Assembly: GCA_965228775.1 (NCBI GenBank)
Contig: OZ245840.1
Span: 2,839,862-2,903,861, forward strand
Length of the DNA stretch: 64,000 bases
Reading direction: 5' to 3'
Source: Alphaproteobacteria bacterium
GTDB lineage: Bacteria; Pseudomonadota; Alphaproteobacteria; JANQMY01
Shown here: one piece after another, positions 20,677 through 31,378 of the stretch
How the letters are laid out: every line of letters starts with the position of its first letter
Numbering within the stretch: the stretch's first letter is position 1
The notes under the pieces: generated by a model
The model's input: only the letters and a program-made list of their open reading frames with translations
Databases searched by the model: none
Told to the model about the DNA's origin: nothing
Made by a program: the position numbers and the translations under genes

Positions 20677-22454
20677 CCCATCAAACCTGCGGCCCAAACG
20701 GCCCCCGCCGCGACACCGAACACAATGACCGTGCCCAAAACAGCGGCGGCGGATTGCATCCATGGGTTCTTCAAGAAACCCATCATGCCCTTGCCGGATT
20801 TGCGGCGGGCATCATCTTGAGGTGCGGCTTGCCAATTGGCTTCCCAAACCGCATCTTTCGGGAAGCTGCCCAGGACAGATACTTGCCCGCCTTCCATTTG
20901 GATTTTGTGAAGCGCGCGTTCAACACCGGTCCGTGGACCGCCGCCATAGACGGGCATAAAGCCACCGCCGCGTTCGTTTTTGCGAACAGTCGGCTTGTAG
21001 TCGCCAAGATATCCATCGGTTTCCAGGATCATCCAGTAACCGGTTTTGGTCTTGTCTTCGTCTTCCTTGGCCGGGGCCACTTCCGGCAGAATGTCGATGA
21101 CCCGCACATCCACCTTATTGTCGAAGAAGGGCCGCAACAAATGATGCTGCGAAACTTTCGGCTTGGTGCTCCGTACCAAGAGCGTCGTGATCAGTTGACG
21201 CCCATAATCCCGGCGCACCAAATCGGCCAAGCGCGGGAATGGGATCTTTTGTTTGATCACCTTCTCGCTTGCCCCGATCTTCGATTGCAGCTTCGACAGC
21301 GGCTTTTCGATCATCGGGTGCGAATGCAACACCCAGCCTTCGAATGCGGAATGGGTCCTAAAGCTCCGCACACAGAATGCCTCGCGCAGCATCTTCACGC
21401 GTTCATAGGGGTTCTTGCGGGCTTCCTGGAAGGCGCTGAAAAGCACTTGGCCGGTGACCTCGTCGCGGATTTCCCGGTCACCCACGGTTTCCCGCAGCCA
21501 CCCCGTATGCAAATCGTCCAGGGTCCACACATCGTCGCCGTCAGGCCCTGGGTCCGGCAGCAGCTGATAGATGTTCAGCTTTTCGTCCCGGTCGAACACA
21601 TCCAAGATATCGGCCAGCACGCTGCGCGGAAACTTTACGGTCTCGAACAGGTCGGCCATCACCTCCGTAGCGAAGACACGGCGGATCTGCTCGTAGTCCA
21701 TGTCACGGATCAGTTGCTTGAGGGCCGCCGGGTTGTTCTTTGCCTTCTGTGCCAGGACCAAATAACGGGTGAGATTGTCTTCACCCAGATCTTGGATGTT
21801 CCGTTTGACCGGGTAGAGATTATACATCTCCGCGCAATCGATCGAGGCAATGGCAGCGACGATCGGCATGGTCTCGGATTTTTTGAGTGCTGAGGCTTCG
21901 GCAATCTTATGCACTTCCAATGCGGCATCGGACGTGCAGTTTGTGTAAGCGAACTGCGCCTTGGGGATGATATTGCGCAAGCCCCGGTCGCATTGTTTGA
22001 ATGCCTGAGAATCCGCATACACATGGGTGATCTGTGCCGTGAGCGCGCGCTGACGGTGATCGTCGAGAGACAGCAGGCCCTCCTTCAGCGCGTTGTCGAT
22101 TTCGGCGACCGATGCTTGAGTGATCGGCTTCCCATAAATTTCAACACCGCGTCCGAAGATCACTTCGCGCGGCATGAGCAAATGGTGGTCAATCTTCAAA
22201 TAGATTTCGCTGACAATGCGCAGCTCGGATGACGGGATCTGTCTGATCACGTCCGTAAGCACACCGCCCTTCAGGTTCATGACCGGCACGATGGCGCGGC
22301 CGACACCCCCCGACCAGACGCGTTCGATCACATCCTCATGCGATTTTTGCGTCGCTGGCTCTAGAAGCGCGTTCTTAACGCGGCTTGCACGAAAGGCACA
22401 TGAGCCACCTTCACCCTGGCAGCTGATGCCATATCCGAGATTCTGTCCCACCAT
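20673..22454 (-). CDS. Divergent prephenate-dehydratase-like (PDT + ACT) protein with a large insertion and a C-terminal TM helix
   Basis: PDT-like segments ISCQGEGG, AIVPVMN, EIYLKIDHHLL, AAIAS, YNL...NIQD.GEDNLTRYLVL; ACT-like ITTLLVRS...VSVLGSFP; hydrophobic C-terminus. Confidence 0.75.
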   Translation of the reverse strand: MVGQNLGYGISCQGEGGSCAFRASRVKNALLEPATQKSHEDVIERVWSGGVGRAIVPVMNLKGGVLTDVIRQIPSSELRIVSEIYLKIDHHLLMPREVIFGRGVEIYGKPITQASVAEIDNALKEGLLSLDDHRQRALTAQITHVYADSQAFKQCDRGLRNIIPKAQFAYTNCTSDAALEVHKIAEASALKKSETMPIVAAIASIDCAEMYNLYPVKRNIQDLGEDNLTRYLVLAQKAKNNPAALKQLIRDMDYEQIRRVFATEVMADLFETVKFPRSVLADILDVFDRDEKLNIYQLLPDPGPDGDDVWTLDDLHTGWLRETVGDREIRDEVTGQVLFSAFQEARKNPYERVKMLREAFCVRSFRTHSAFEGWVLHSHPMIEKPLSKLQSKIGASEKVIKQKIPFPRLADLVRRDYGRQLITTLLVRSTKPKVSQHHLLRPFFDNKVDVRVIDILPEVAPAKEDEDKTKTGYWMILETDGYLGDYKPTVRKNERGGGFMPVYGGGPRTGVERALHKIQMEGGQVSVLGSFPKDAVWEANWQAAPQDDARRKSGKGMMGFLKNPWMQSAAAVLGTVIVFGVAAGAVWAAGLMG

Positions 22455-22606
22455 GCGTTACTCTGATCTGTGGTTGGTCCGGCGCGGACACAATTCACCC
22501 CTTCCGCATCCGGTTCTCTTAATCTTAATGGAAAATCAAGAATTGAGCAACGTTAACGATTGTGCGTGAGATCACAAGAAGGCCAGCAATTTGGCCGCTT
22601 TTATGG

Positions 22607-23914
22607 TTAAAGGATGAACTTTGACAGGTCCGTATTGCTCGCCAAATCGCCCACGTGTTTTTGCACATAGGCTGCATCCACTACCACGGTCTCGCCAGAC
22701 CGGTCGGTCGCATGGAAGCTGATCTCGTCCAGCACCCGCTCCATCACCGTCTGAAGGCGGCGCGCGCCGATATTTTCGACCGTTTCATTCACGGCGACGG
22801 CCACATCCGCCAACGCATCAATGCCATCTTCGGAAAATTCCAGGGTTACCTCTTCCGTGGCCAGCAGTGCTTCGTATTGTTTGACGAGACTTGCTTCCGG
22901 TTCGGTGAGGATCCGTTTGAAATCATCGCGGGTCAGCGCTGATAATTCCACCCGGTTGGGCAAGCGCCCTTGCAGCTCCGGCAACAGGTCCGACGGTTTG
23001 GCCAGATGGAAAGCGCCCGAGGCGATGAACAGAATATGGTCGGTTTTGACCGTGCCGTGTTTGGTGGACACGGACGTGCCTTCGATGAGCGGCAGCAAGT
23101 CCCGCTGCACGCCTTCGCGGCTTACATCGGCGCCTTGCCGTTCTGAGCGCGCGCAGATTTTGTCGATCTCATCCAAGAAGACGATGCCGTCATTTTCTGC
23201 GGATTCGATGGCTTCTTGAACGACCGAATCTTCATCCAGCAATTTGTCGGATTCTTCGGCGATCAAATGTTCGTACGAATCCCGCACCGTTGTCCGCCGC
23301 CGCTTCGTGCGGCCGCCAAACGCTTTGCCGAACATGTCGTTGAGATTGATCATGCCCATCTGGGCGCCGGGCATGCCGGGAATGTCGAAACTGGGCATGA
23401 CACTGGAGCTGTCGGCCATTTCGATCTCAATTTCCTTATCGTCCAACTCGCCACTGCGCAATTTGGCACGGAAGGATTCCTTCGTCGCATTGCTTGAATC
23501 CGCGCCCACCAGAGCTTCTAGAACGCGGTTCTCGGCATGGATATGGGCCGTGGCCTGGACTTCCTTGCGTTTGCGCTGGCGCACCGTATCGATGCTGATC
23601 TCCACCAGGTCGCGGATAATCTGTTCCACGTCCCGGCCCACATAACCCACTTCCGTGAACTTCGTGGCTTCTACTTTGATGAACGGCGCTTGGGCCAGTT
23701 TGGCCAGCCGGCGCGAGATCTCGGTTTTGCCGACGCCCGTTGGGCCGATCATTAGAATGTTCTTCGGCAGAACTTCTTCGCGCAGATCCTCCGGCAATTG
23801 CTGGCGGCGCCAGCGGTTACGCAAGGCAATGGCCACGGCACGCTTGGCATCTTGTTGGCCCACAATATAGCGGTCCAGTTCGGAAACGATTTCACGGGGA
23901 GAGAATGACGTCAT
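22607..23914 (-). CDS. hslU: HslU ATPase subunit of the HslUV protease
   Basis: Motifs [31 protein letters not shown] and C-terminal DLSKFIL. Confidence 0.99.
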   Translation of the reverse strand: MTSFSPREIVSELDRYIVGQQDAKRAVAIALRNRWRRQQLPEDLREEVLPKNILMIGPTGVGKTEISRRLAKLAQAPFIKVEATKFTEVGYVGRDVEQIIRDLVEISIDTVRQRKRKEVQATAHIHAENRVLEALVGADSSNATKESFRAKLRSGELDDKEIEIEMADSSSVMPSFDIPGMPGAQMGMINLNDMFGKAFGGRTKRRRTTVRDSYEHLIAEESDKLLDEDSVVQEAIESAENDGIVFLDEIDKICARSERQGADVSREGVQRDLLPLIEGTSVSTKHGTVKTDHILFIASGAFHLAKPSDLLPELQGRLPNRVELSALTRDDFKRILTEPEASLVKQYEALLATEEVTLEFSEDGIDALADVAVAVNETVENIGARRLQTVMERVLDEISFHATDRSGETVVVDAAYVQKHVGDLASNTDLSKFIL

Positions 23915-23944
23915 GTTACGTTGTCTTTTGAGAAAGTGATGACC

Positions 23945-24493
23945 TTAAAGGTCGATTTTTTCGATGATCAGGCTGTTATTGGTGTAGACGCAAATGTCGG
24001 CGGCAATGCCCATGGCCCGTTTGGCGATGTCTTCCGCGTCCAGATCCAGCCCATTTAGCGCGCGGGCGGCGGCCAGCGCATAATTGCCGCCCGATCCAAT
24101 GCCGATAATCCCGTCTTCCGGCTCTAGAACGTCGCCTGTCCCGGTGAGTACCAGACTTGTGGTCTTGTCCGCCACCGCCATCATCGCTTCCAGACGGCGC
24201 AGATAACGGTCCGTCCGCCAGTCTTTGGCAAGTTCCACGGCGGCCCTTGTCAGGTTTCCAGGATGTTGTTCTAGTTTTGCCTCCAAGCGCTCGAATAGCG
24301 TGAAGGCATCGGCCGTGGCCCCCGCAAAGCCACCAACCACATTCCCCTTGCCGAAGCGCCGCACTTTGCGCGCATTGCTCTTGATAACCGTATCGCCGAG
24401 GCTTACTTGGCCATCACCGGCAACAACAACGGCATTTGCGGTTCGCACGGACAAAATCGTCGTTCCGTGCCATATTTCGGGGGCAGATGTCAC
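23945..24493 (-). CDS. hslV: HslV protease subunit
   Basis: Catalytic Thr in HGTTI; motifs [15 protein letters not shown] and IGSGG. Confidence 0.98.
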   Translation of the reverse strand: MTSAPEIWHGTTILSVRTANAVVVAGDGQVSLGDTVIKSNARKVRRFGKGNVVGGFAGATADAFTLFERLEAKLEQHPGNLTRAAVELAKDWRTDRYLRRLEAMMAVADKTTSLVLTGTGDVLEPEDGIIGIGSGGNYALAAARALNGLDLDAEDIAKRAMGIAADICVYTNNSLIIEKIDL

Positions 24494-24550
24494 AAAAGGG
24501 CTCCAAATGGGCTGGGAGATGTGGCTCTAGCACGAGCCTGTGTCCTTTGC

Positions 24551-24578
24551 ATGTGGCATTTGTAAGGTTTGCGTCAAG
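24551..24578 (-). promoter_or_regulatory. Putative heat-shock promoter of hslVU
   Basis: Minus strand reads CTTG-N17-GCCACAT. Confidence 0.4.
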
Positions 24579-24668
24579 CCCCTGGCCGTATTGTTCCCAA
24601 TTGTGTGCGCTTCTGCCCGGCTGCTCTGGATTGTGGCGCATTGCACAAACACCTGATAAAAGACCGCG

Positions 24669-25304
24669 ATGGAACAGGATGTGAACATGCAGGATAGTAA
24701 CGGGAGCGCGCCGCGCACCGCTATGGTGGAGCGGAAAACCCGCGAAACGGAGATCATGGTGTCCGTCAATTTAGACGGCACCGGCGAATACGATGTGGAT
24801 ACGGGCATCGGCTTTCTCGACCACATGCTCGAAAGCTTTTCGAAGCACTCCGCGATCGACCTGAAAGTGCGTGCCCAAGGCGACCTGCATATCGATTTTC
24901 ACCACACCACCGAAGATACGGGCATCGTCATGGGTCAGGCAGTGCACCGCGCGCTCGGCGATCTAAAGGGTATTCGGCGCTTTGGCTGCGCGACCATTCC
25001 CATGGATGAAACATGCACCCGCGTTGCGCTCGATGTTTCAAACCGTCCCTATTTGATTTGGCGTGTTGAGTTTTCGAAGCCAAAGCTGGGCGATATGGAT
25101 ACGGAACTGTTCAAGGAATGGTTCCAGGCCTTTGCCCAGTCGGCCGGCATTACCCTGCATGTGGACAACCTGTATGGCGAGAACAATCACCATATTGTGG
25201 AAAGCTGTTATAAGGGCCTTGCTAGAGCGCTTCGTGATGCCATTGAGATGGATTTGCGCCAGATCTCGCAAATTCCAAGCACGAAGGGCGTTCTGGGGGA
25301 CTGA
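24669..25304 (+). CDS. hisB: Imidazoleglycerol-phosphate dehydratase
   Basis: Motifs [17 protein letters not shown] and NNHHIVE. Start may instead be ATG 24687. Confidence 0.98.
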   Translation: MEQDVNMQDSNGSAPRTAMVERKTRETEIMVSVNLDGTGEYDVDTGIGFLDHMLESFSKHSAIDLKVRAQGDLHIDFHHTTEDTGIVMGQAVHRALGDLKGIRRFGCATIPMDETCTRVALDVSNRPYLIWRVEFSKPKLGDMDTELFKEWFQAFAQSAGITLHVDNLYGENNHHIVESCYKGLARALRDAIEMDLRQISQIPSTKGVLGD

Positions 25305-25367
25305 TCTCTGTGGCGAACCCATCGGCGCCTTGCTTGATGATGCGTTCGCTGTCCGGCACGTAGAACT

Positions 25368-26015
25368 ATGGAAACAGTAGCGATTATCGATTACGGCTCC
25401 GGCAATCTGCGGTCCGCCGGAAAGGCGTTCGAACGCATGGTGCGTGAAGGTGAGTACAATTGCCGGATAGATGTCACCGGCGACCCAGAGAGGGTGCGTG
25501 CCGCCGATCGCATTGTCCTGCCGGGCGTGGGCGCTTTCGGTGATTGCCGGGCAGGCCTGGAAGCCGCCGACGGCATGTGGGACCTGTTGATTGAACTGGT
25601 GGAAAAGCAGGCGCGCCCCTTTTTGGGCATTTGCGTCGGGATGCAGCTCATGGCCAGTTGGGGGCTGGAACACGGGCGTTTTGCCGGGTTTGGCTGGATT
25701 GAAGGGGATGTGATCCCAATCGAGCCGGGTGATGGCCTTAAGGTACCGCATATGGGGTGGAACACGGTTCAGTTTGATCAGAACCACCCGGTCACAAAAG
25801 GGCTCGGCGAAGGTGATCTTTCGCACGCCTATTTCGTCCACTCCTATGCATTGGCGGCACAGGACCCTGCCTACGTGGTCGGGACAGCGGAATATGGGCA
25901 AACGATTACCGCGGCCGTGGCCCATGACACGAAGATCGGTACTCAATTCCACCCGGAGAAGAGCCAGGCAACTGGCCTTACCCTTATCGGCAACTTTCTT
26001 TCCTGGCGGCCTTAG
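25368..26015 (+). CDS. hisH: Imidazole glycerol phosphate synthase, glutaminase subunit
   Basis: Motifs [21 protein letters not shown] and QFHPEKS. Confidence 0.98.
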   Translation: METVAIIDYGSGNLRSAGKAFERMVREGEYNCRIDVTGDPERVRAADRIVLPGVGAFGDCRAGLEAADGMWDLLIELVEKQARPFLGICVGMQLMASWGLEHGRFAGFGWIEGDVIPIEPGDGLKVPHMGWNTVQFDQNHPVTKGLGEGDLSHAYFVHSYALAAQDPAYVVGTAEYGQTITAAVAHDTKIGTQFHPEKSQATGLTLIGNFLSWRP

Positions 26016-26021
26016 ACACTC

Positions 26022-26753
26022 ATGATTTTGTACCCAGCCATTGACCTCAAAGACGGTGCCTGTGTGCGTCTTGAAAAAGGCGACATGGAAAAGGTGACCG
26101 TCTTCAATGACGACCCCGCTGCCCAGGCGCAGGCCTTCGAGGCGCAAGGGTTCCAATGGCTTCATCTGGTGGATTTGAATGGGGCTTTCGCCGGAAAGGC
26201 CGTAAATGCTGACGCTGTAACGTCTATACTTTCGGTAACATCGTTGCCAATTCAGTTGGGCGGGGGCATTCGGACGATGGCCCAGGTGGAAGCCTGGCTT
26301 GCCGCAGGTGTCCGCCGGGTGATCTTGGGAACTGCTGCGGTTCGCGATCCCGAATTCGTCAAACAAGCCGCGAAGGAATTTCCAGGGCAAATCGCCGTCG
26401 GCATTGATGCGCGGGGCGGCTTGGTGGCCGTGGAAGGGTGGGCTGAAACGTCCGACATGACGGCGGTCGATCTGGCAAAGGCGTTCGAGCAGGCGGGCAT
26501 CGCGGCCATCATTTACACGGATATCGACCGGGACGGTATTCTGACGGGGCTCAATCTCCCGGCGACCGTTGACCTCGCCCGGCAAATCTCGACTCCGGTC
26601 ATCGCCAGCGGTGGCCTTGCGGGCATGGATGATATTCGCGCCATGCTCGCTCTGGAACCAAATTCTATCAACGGGGCCATTAGCGGCCGGGCGATCTATG
26701 ATGGGCGCCTTGATGCGGCAGAGGCATTGTCCTTGCTGAAAGGCCGGTCATGA
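26022..26753 (+). CDS. hisA: ProFAR isomerase
   Basis: Motifs [24 protein letters not shown] and YTDIDRDG. Confidence 0.98.
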   Translation: MILYPAIDLKDGACVRLEKGDMEKVTVFNDDPAAQAQAFEAQGFQWLHLVDLNGAFAGKAVNADAVTSILSVTSLPIQLGGGIRTMAQVEAWLAAGVRRVILGTAAVRDPEFVKQAAKEFPGQIAVGIDARGGLVAVEGWAETSDMTAVDLAKAFEQAGIAAIIYTDIDRDGILTGLNLPATVDLARQISTPVIASGGLAGMDDIRAMLALEPNSINGAISGRAIYDGRLDAAEALSLLKGRS

Positions 26754-27511
26754 CCTTGAAGGCGCGTGTCATTCCCTGTCTGGACGTGAAAGATGGGCGC
26801 GTGGTCAAAGGCGTCAATTTCGTCGATCTGCGTGATGCCGGGGACCCGGTTGATTGTGCCAAAGCCTATGACGCCGCCGGCGCAGACGAGCTTTGTTTTC
26901 TCGACATCACAGCCAGCCATGAAAAACGTGGAATCCTGCTCGATGTGGTTCAGGCAACGGCCGAACAGTGTTTCATGCCGCTCACGGTAGGAGGCGGGGT
27001 GCGCACCGTGGATGACATTCGCCAGCTCCTCTTGGCTGGGGCCGACAAGGTCTCCATCAATACGGCGGCCGTCCGCGACCGGCAGTTTGTCAAGCAGGCC
27101 GCCGAGAAGTTTGGCAGTCAATGCATTGTGGTTGCGGTGGACGCCAAAGCGACGGGATCGGGCAATTGGGAAATCTTCACCCATGGAGGCCGCGAACCCA
27201 CAGGGATCGATGCGATTACGTTTGCCGAAGAAGTCACGGCCCTTGGCGCGGGCGAAATCCTGCTCACCTCGATGGACCGCGATGGCACGAAGATCGGCTT
27301 CGACAATGACCTCACCAGTAAAATATCCAACGCGGTGTCAGTGCCGGTGATCGCCAGCGGCGGCGTCGGCACGCTGGATCATCTTGTGGACGGCGTCCAA
27401 ATTGGTCATGCCAATGCAGTACTTGCGGCATCGATTTTTCATTTCGGAACCTATACAATAGCGGAAGCAAAAGAGCACATGGCCGCTGCGGGCATTCCCG
27501 TAAGACTGTAG
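26750..27511 (+). CDS. hisF: Imidazole glycerol phosphate synthase, cyclase subunit
   Basis: Motifs [19 protein letters not shown] and LTSMDRDGT. Confidence 0.99.
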   Translation: MTLKARVIPCLDVKDGRVVKGVNFVDLRDAGDPVDCAKAYDAAGADELCFLDITASHEKRGILLDVVQATAEQCFMPLTVGGGVRTVDDIRQLLLAGADKVSINTAAVRDRQFVKQAAEKFGSQCIVVAVDAKATGSGNWEIFTHGGREPTGIDAITFAEEVTALGAGEILLTSMDRDGTKIGFDNDLTSKISNAVSVPVIASGGVGTLDHLVDGVQIGHANAVLAASIFHFGTYTIAEAKEHMAAAGIPVRL

Positions 27512-27627
27512 TTTCAGCGGGCGTTTTCGTCATTGCGCCGTTTGACCCTTTTGTCATGAGAATGAATTCAGCAGAATGAATTCAGCACAGCTATGGCGTT
27601 GGTGGCGGCCATCGGGCGCCGAAATTT

Positions 27628-29181
27628 TTGGGTCAGGTCTTGCAGAGGGAAATCGAACTCAAACTGCGCGTCGCTCCGGACGACATGGCGCGGTTGAAGA
27701 AATGTGCGGCGATTGCTGATTGCAGCATTGGTGTCGAAACCAAGAAGAAGCTGCGGTCGGTCTATTTCGACACGCCCGATTTTGGTCTCAAGGCCCGCAA
27801 ACTGGCATTGCGTGTGCGCCATGACGGGGCCCGCAAAATCCAAACCGTCAAATCAGAATCCCGCTCGGGCCTGTTGTCGGATCGTGCGGAATGTGAAGTG
27901 GAGCTCTGGGGCGACCGGCCAAATGTAGACTTGGTCTCTGACCGGTTGATGCGCCGGCAGATCAGCAAGGCCATTTCCCATCAAGATCTTCAGCCGCAAT
28001 TCGAAACCGATATCAATCGAACCATCCGTATGCTGAGGACACCGGGCGGCGATGCAATCGAACTTGCGATCGACGAAGGGTTCATTGCCGCCGATGGCAG
28101 CAATGAGCTGGTGTCTGAAATCGAATTGGAACTCAAAGAAGGCGATGTATCTGGTCTGTACGACGTGGTGCGGGATTTGGGCGAAGGCGTCCACCTATCG
28201 CCAACCATCATGTCGAAGGCGGACCGGGGCTTTGCCTTGGCATCCGGTGCACAGCCCACGCCGTCGAAAGCCAAAGCCTTTCGGCTGGATGCGGATGCGA
28301 CCATCGAAGATGGCCTCATCACGATCTTGCGCGAATGCAGCCGGCATCTTTTGGCCAATGAAGAGCTTGTGGTGGAGTGTCGCGATGCCGAAGGGCTGCA
28401 CCAGATGCGGGTGGCCTTGCGCCGTTTGCGGGCGGGCCTTGCCATCCTTGAAAAACTGGCGCGGGACGACACCACGCTCATGCTCAAAGAAGAGGCCAAG
28501 TGGCTTGGCGAAGCGTTGGGGTTTGCGCGGGACGCGGATGTGTTCGCGATGGAAGTGTTCGAACCGGTTTATGCGGCCTTCCCCGAAGAATCCGCCATGC
28601 CGCATATGAAGGACGCGATTGGCCTGTTGCGCGAGGAAGCCTGGGCGGATGCACTGAGCGCCATCGGGTCCAAAAGATATTCGGAATTCGTCCTCGAATT
28701 AGGTGCGGCCATGGACAAACGGTCTTGGCGTCAGGCGCATATTGCGGGCCAATCAAAGCGGCTTGATCAAAGCGCCCGCGCCGTGGCGTCGAAATTGCTG
28801 ACCAAGCAGATGTCCAGGGCCGGTCAATTGGGTGGACGGATCAAGACGCTTACCATCGAAGAACGGCACACGCTGCGCAAGCAGCTCAAGAAGTTCCGGT
28901 ATACGGGCGAATTCTTTTCATCGCTCTTCAAGAAGAAAAAGACGAAGCGGTATCTGTCTACCCTTGCACGGGCGCAGGATGTCTTTGGATATTTGAACGA
29001 TGTGTCGACCGCAGAAAGCATGGTTTCGCGGATCATCTATCAGCAGCCGGATTTGGCGGACATCATGATGTGGTCCGGCGGTCTGGTTTTGGGCTGGCAC
29101 CAGCATCGCGCGGAAGAAGCCTGGGGCGACGCCAAGGCTTTGTGGCGCGACCTTGAAGACGCGCCCCGTTTTTGGGACTAA
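27628..29181 (+). CDS. CYTH + CHAD domain protein (triphosphate tunnel metalloenzyme / polyphosphate-binding)
   Basis: CYTH motifs EIELKL, YFDTPD, LRVR, EIELELKEG and SKADRG; CHAD motifs HQMRVALRRLR, ARDADV, RHTLRKQLKKFRY and QDVFGYLND. Start is TTG 27628 or 27640. Confidence 0.93.
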   Translation: MGQVLQREIELKLRVAPDDMARLKKCAAIADCSIGVETKKKLRSVYFDTPDFGLKARKLALRVRHDGARKIQTVKSESRSGLLSDRAECEVELWGDRPNVDLVSDRLMRRQISKAISHQDLQPQFETDINRTIRMLRTPGGDAIELAIDEGFIAADGSNELVSEIELELKEGDVSGLYDVVRDLGEGVHLSPTIMSKADRGFALASGAQPTPSKAKAFRLDADATIEDGLITILRECSRHLLANEELVVECRDAEGLHQMRVALRRLRAGLAILEKLARDDTTLMLKEEAKWLGEALGFARDADVFAMEVFEPVYAAFPEESAMPHMKDAIGLLREEAWADALSAIGSKRYSEFVLELGAAMDKRSWRQAHIAGQSKRLDQSARAVASKLLTKQMSRAGQLGGRIKTLTIEERHTLRKQLKKFRYTGEFFSSLFKKKKTKRYLSTLARAQDVFGYLNDVSTAESMVSRIIYQQPDLADIMMWSGGLVLGWHQHRAEEAWGDAKALWRDLEDAPRFWD

Positions 29182-29238
29182 ACTTCCATCTTCATTGCTG
29201 CGGTACCAAGCGGCATCCATCATCGCAAGGTTCAATGC

Positions 29239-29574
29239 ATGAGCGATCTTAAAGACAGCGGGGCCGTTATCGACCGGCTTTACGAAACCATCGTGGCGCG
29301 CAAAGGCGCCGACCCGAAGGCGTCCTATTCCGCTAAACTCTTTGCGAAGGGGATCGAGAAATGCGCTCAGAAGCTGGGCGAAGAAGCGGTCGAAACGGTT
29401 ATCGCCGCGGTCGCTGGAAAACCCGGAGAGGTTGCGGAAGAATCCGCCGATCTGCTTTATCACCTGCTCGTGGTTTGGGCCGCCTCGGGGGTTAAACCCA
29501 GCGATGTCTACGCGGCCCTTGAGAAGCGGGAAGGGACGTCCGGCATTGATGAAAAGGCCAGCCGGAAGTCATGA
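29239..29574 (+). CDS. hisE: Phosphoribosyl-ATP pyrophosphohydrolase
   Basis: Motifs SYSAKLF, QKLGEEAVE and ESADLLYHLLV. Confidence 0.97.
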   Translation: MSDLKDSGAVIDRLYETIVARKGADPKASYSAKLFAKGIEKCAQKLGEEAVETVIAAVAGKPGEVAEESADLLYHLLVVWAASGVKPSDVYAALEKREGTSGIDEKASRKS

Positions 29575-29593
29575 CTTGATATTGTGGTCTTAA

Positions 29594-29664
29594 CCGTCCC
29601 GCTCCCCCGTCCCAACCACCCCAAGGGTACACTCACGGGTGGTTGGGACGGGGGAGCGGGATGG
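29594..29664. repeat. Palindromic element, family A, copy 1
   Basis: 28-bp near-perfect inverted repeat (core CTCCCCCGTCCCAACCACCC) with a 15-nt loop, between the convergent hisE and kinase genes. Confidence 0.92.
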
Positions 29665-29690
29665 CCCGGTTACCGAAACAAAACGTCCCT

Positions 29691-30680
29691 CTACAAACCT
29701 TTTTTGGCAATCAGATCCTTCAAGGATTCTTCTGGCCGAGCGCCGAAATGGGAAATCACTTCGCCGGCGGCGATGCAGCCGATCTGCCCGCATTCCGGAA
29801 GCGACCTGCCGCTGGTTAGTCCGTACAGAAATCCTGATGCGAACAGATCGCCCGCCCCTGTGGTATCCACCACTTTGGTTGCCTCCGCAGGTACTTCATA
29901 CTGCTTGTCTTCCGCCAGGATCAGGCAGCCTTTTTCGGACCTTGTAATGGCCGTGAGCGGACACAATCCTTTCGTGGCGGCAACGGCACTGTCGAAATCG
30001 GTCTGAAACAATGAAGCGATTTCGTCTGCGTTCGCGAAGAGGATGTCGATCTGGCCTGTCTTGATCAGGTCCATAAACTCATCCCGAAATCGGTCCACGC
30101 AGAAATCGTCGGACAGGGTAAGCGCGGTCTTGCGCCCTGCATTGTGGGCGGCGGCCATGGCTTTGCGGAAGGCTTCTTTCGCCAGCGGCGGATCCCACAG
30201 ATAGCCTTCCAGATAGGTAATCTGCGCGCCCGCGATGAGATCTTCGGGCACATCGTCTGGGCTCAAACCTTGGGAAGCCCCAAGATAGGTGCTCATGCTG
30301 CGTTCGGCATCCGGTGTGACGACAATCAGGCAGCGTCCCGTGGACGGGCCTTCAGTTGGACGGTCCACATCGAAATCGACGCCGATGGCACGAATATCGT
30401 GGGCGAAAATCTCGCCAAGCTGATCGTTCCGCACCTTGCCGATATAGGCAACGCGTCCCCCCAATCCGGCAATGCCCGCGGTCGTGTTGGCGCCGGAACC
30501 GCCGGAGATCTCCACGGCGGTGCCCATTTTTCCATAAAGTTCGGAGGCCCGGTCTTCGTCGATCAGCGTCATGCCGCCTTTGACAATATTGTTGGTGCCC
30601 AGGAACGCGTCATCCTCGTGGCAGAGAACATCAACCAGGGCGTTGCCGATGCCGACGACATCGTGGCGGAGCTCGGACAT
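29691..30680 (-). CDS. Adenosine kinase-like PfkB family kinase
   Basis: Motifs GIGNALVD, GGSGANT, LEGYLWD and DTTGAGDLFASGF. Confidence 0.93.
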   Translation of the reverse strand: MSELRHDVVGIGNALVDVLCHEDDAFLGTNNIVKGGMTLIDEDRASELYGKMGTAVEISGGSGANTTAGIAGLGGRVAYIGKVRNDQLGEIFAHDIRAIGVDFDVDRPTEGPSTGRCLIVVTPDAERSMSTYLGASQGLSPDDVPEDLIAGAQITYLEGYLWDPPLAKEAFRKAMAAAHNAGRKTALTLSDDFCVDRFRDEFMDLIKTGQIDILFANADEIASLFQTDFDSAVAATKGLCPLTAITRSEKGCLILAEDKQYEVPAEATKVVDTTGAGDLFASGFLYGLTSGRSLPECGQIGCIAAGEVISHFGARPEESLKDLIAKKGL

Positions 30681-30913
30681 GCTTATTAATTCCTTTAGAA
30701 CGTATTAGAGATGGGCCAATTCCGGGGGGATTTATGCAAATCGGCGGAAGCGGCGGAAATTAAACACAAAATGGCGAACATCTCCACACTATCGCCGGAA
30801 TTCCTGTAACACTTGCGCCTTAATCAATCGAGGCGGGTTTTTACGGGCCGGTTAGGTTTTTTTGATTGGGTAGCGGAAGGCGTTGCAGCGGTTTAGGCAA
30901 ACAGGCCGGCGCC

Positions 30914-31378
30914 ATGGAGTTTGAGAGGTTGACCTTGCGCAGATCGGATCCAAAGTTGATAGCGTTTTTGGGGGCCGCAGGAATGGTCCTGGCGGCATGC
31001 GCGTCGCCTGCGCCAAGCGCGACCGAGCCTACCGAACCGGTTTTGGGCGATATCGATACGTCCTCCAGCAAGGTTAGCCAGCGGCAGCTTGCCCGTTTGA
31101 AGGTTCCCACCTCCGCTGAATTAATCGGAAAGACCGACGGCCAGGTGATGGATCTCTTCGGGGAACCAAGCTTCGACCGGGGCGAGAAAAACGCCAAGGT
31201 TTGGCAATACGCTCATGGCGGCTGCATTCTTCTGTTCTTCATGTATGAAGACCCCATGACCTTGGAATATTCGGTCACGCATGTGGACGCCCGCGGCCCC
31301 AAGACGGGCCCTGCGCCGATCGAAGAATGTGTGGCCCACGCTTACAAAAGCCACTATGTGGCCAAGGCATCGCTTTAA
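30914..31378 (+). CDS. Putative lipoprotein (SmpA/OmlA-like small domain)
   Basis: Lipobox LAAC followed by LIGKT..QV..LFGEP...VWQY. Confidence 0.65.
   Translation: MEFERLTLRRSDPKLIAFLGAAGMVLAACASPAPSATEPTEPVLGDIDTSSSKVSQRQLARLKVPTSAELIGKTDGQVMDLFGEPSFDRGEKNAKVWQYAHGGCILLFFMYEDPMTLEYSVTHVDARGPKTGPAPIEECVAHAYKSHYVAKASL

Noticed and set aside
20754-21893. 379-aa plus-strand ORF
   Set aside because: Antisense to the PDT-like gene, which carries the recognisable domain motifs.
25038-26585. 515-aa minus-strand ORF
   Set aside because: Antisense shadow of hisB-hisH-hisA with no recognisable motifs; long shadow ORFs are expected in GC-rich coding DNA.
27527-27557. Pho box upstream of the CYTH-CHAD gene
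   Set aside because: The two GTCAT words are 24 bp apart, not on the 11-bp PhoB period.
29584-30006. ORFs sharing the peptide PLPRPNHPKGTLTGGWDGG (also 32682-33062 and 32741-32932)
   Set aside because: These are translations of the family A palindrome, not a protein family.
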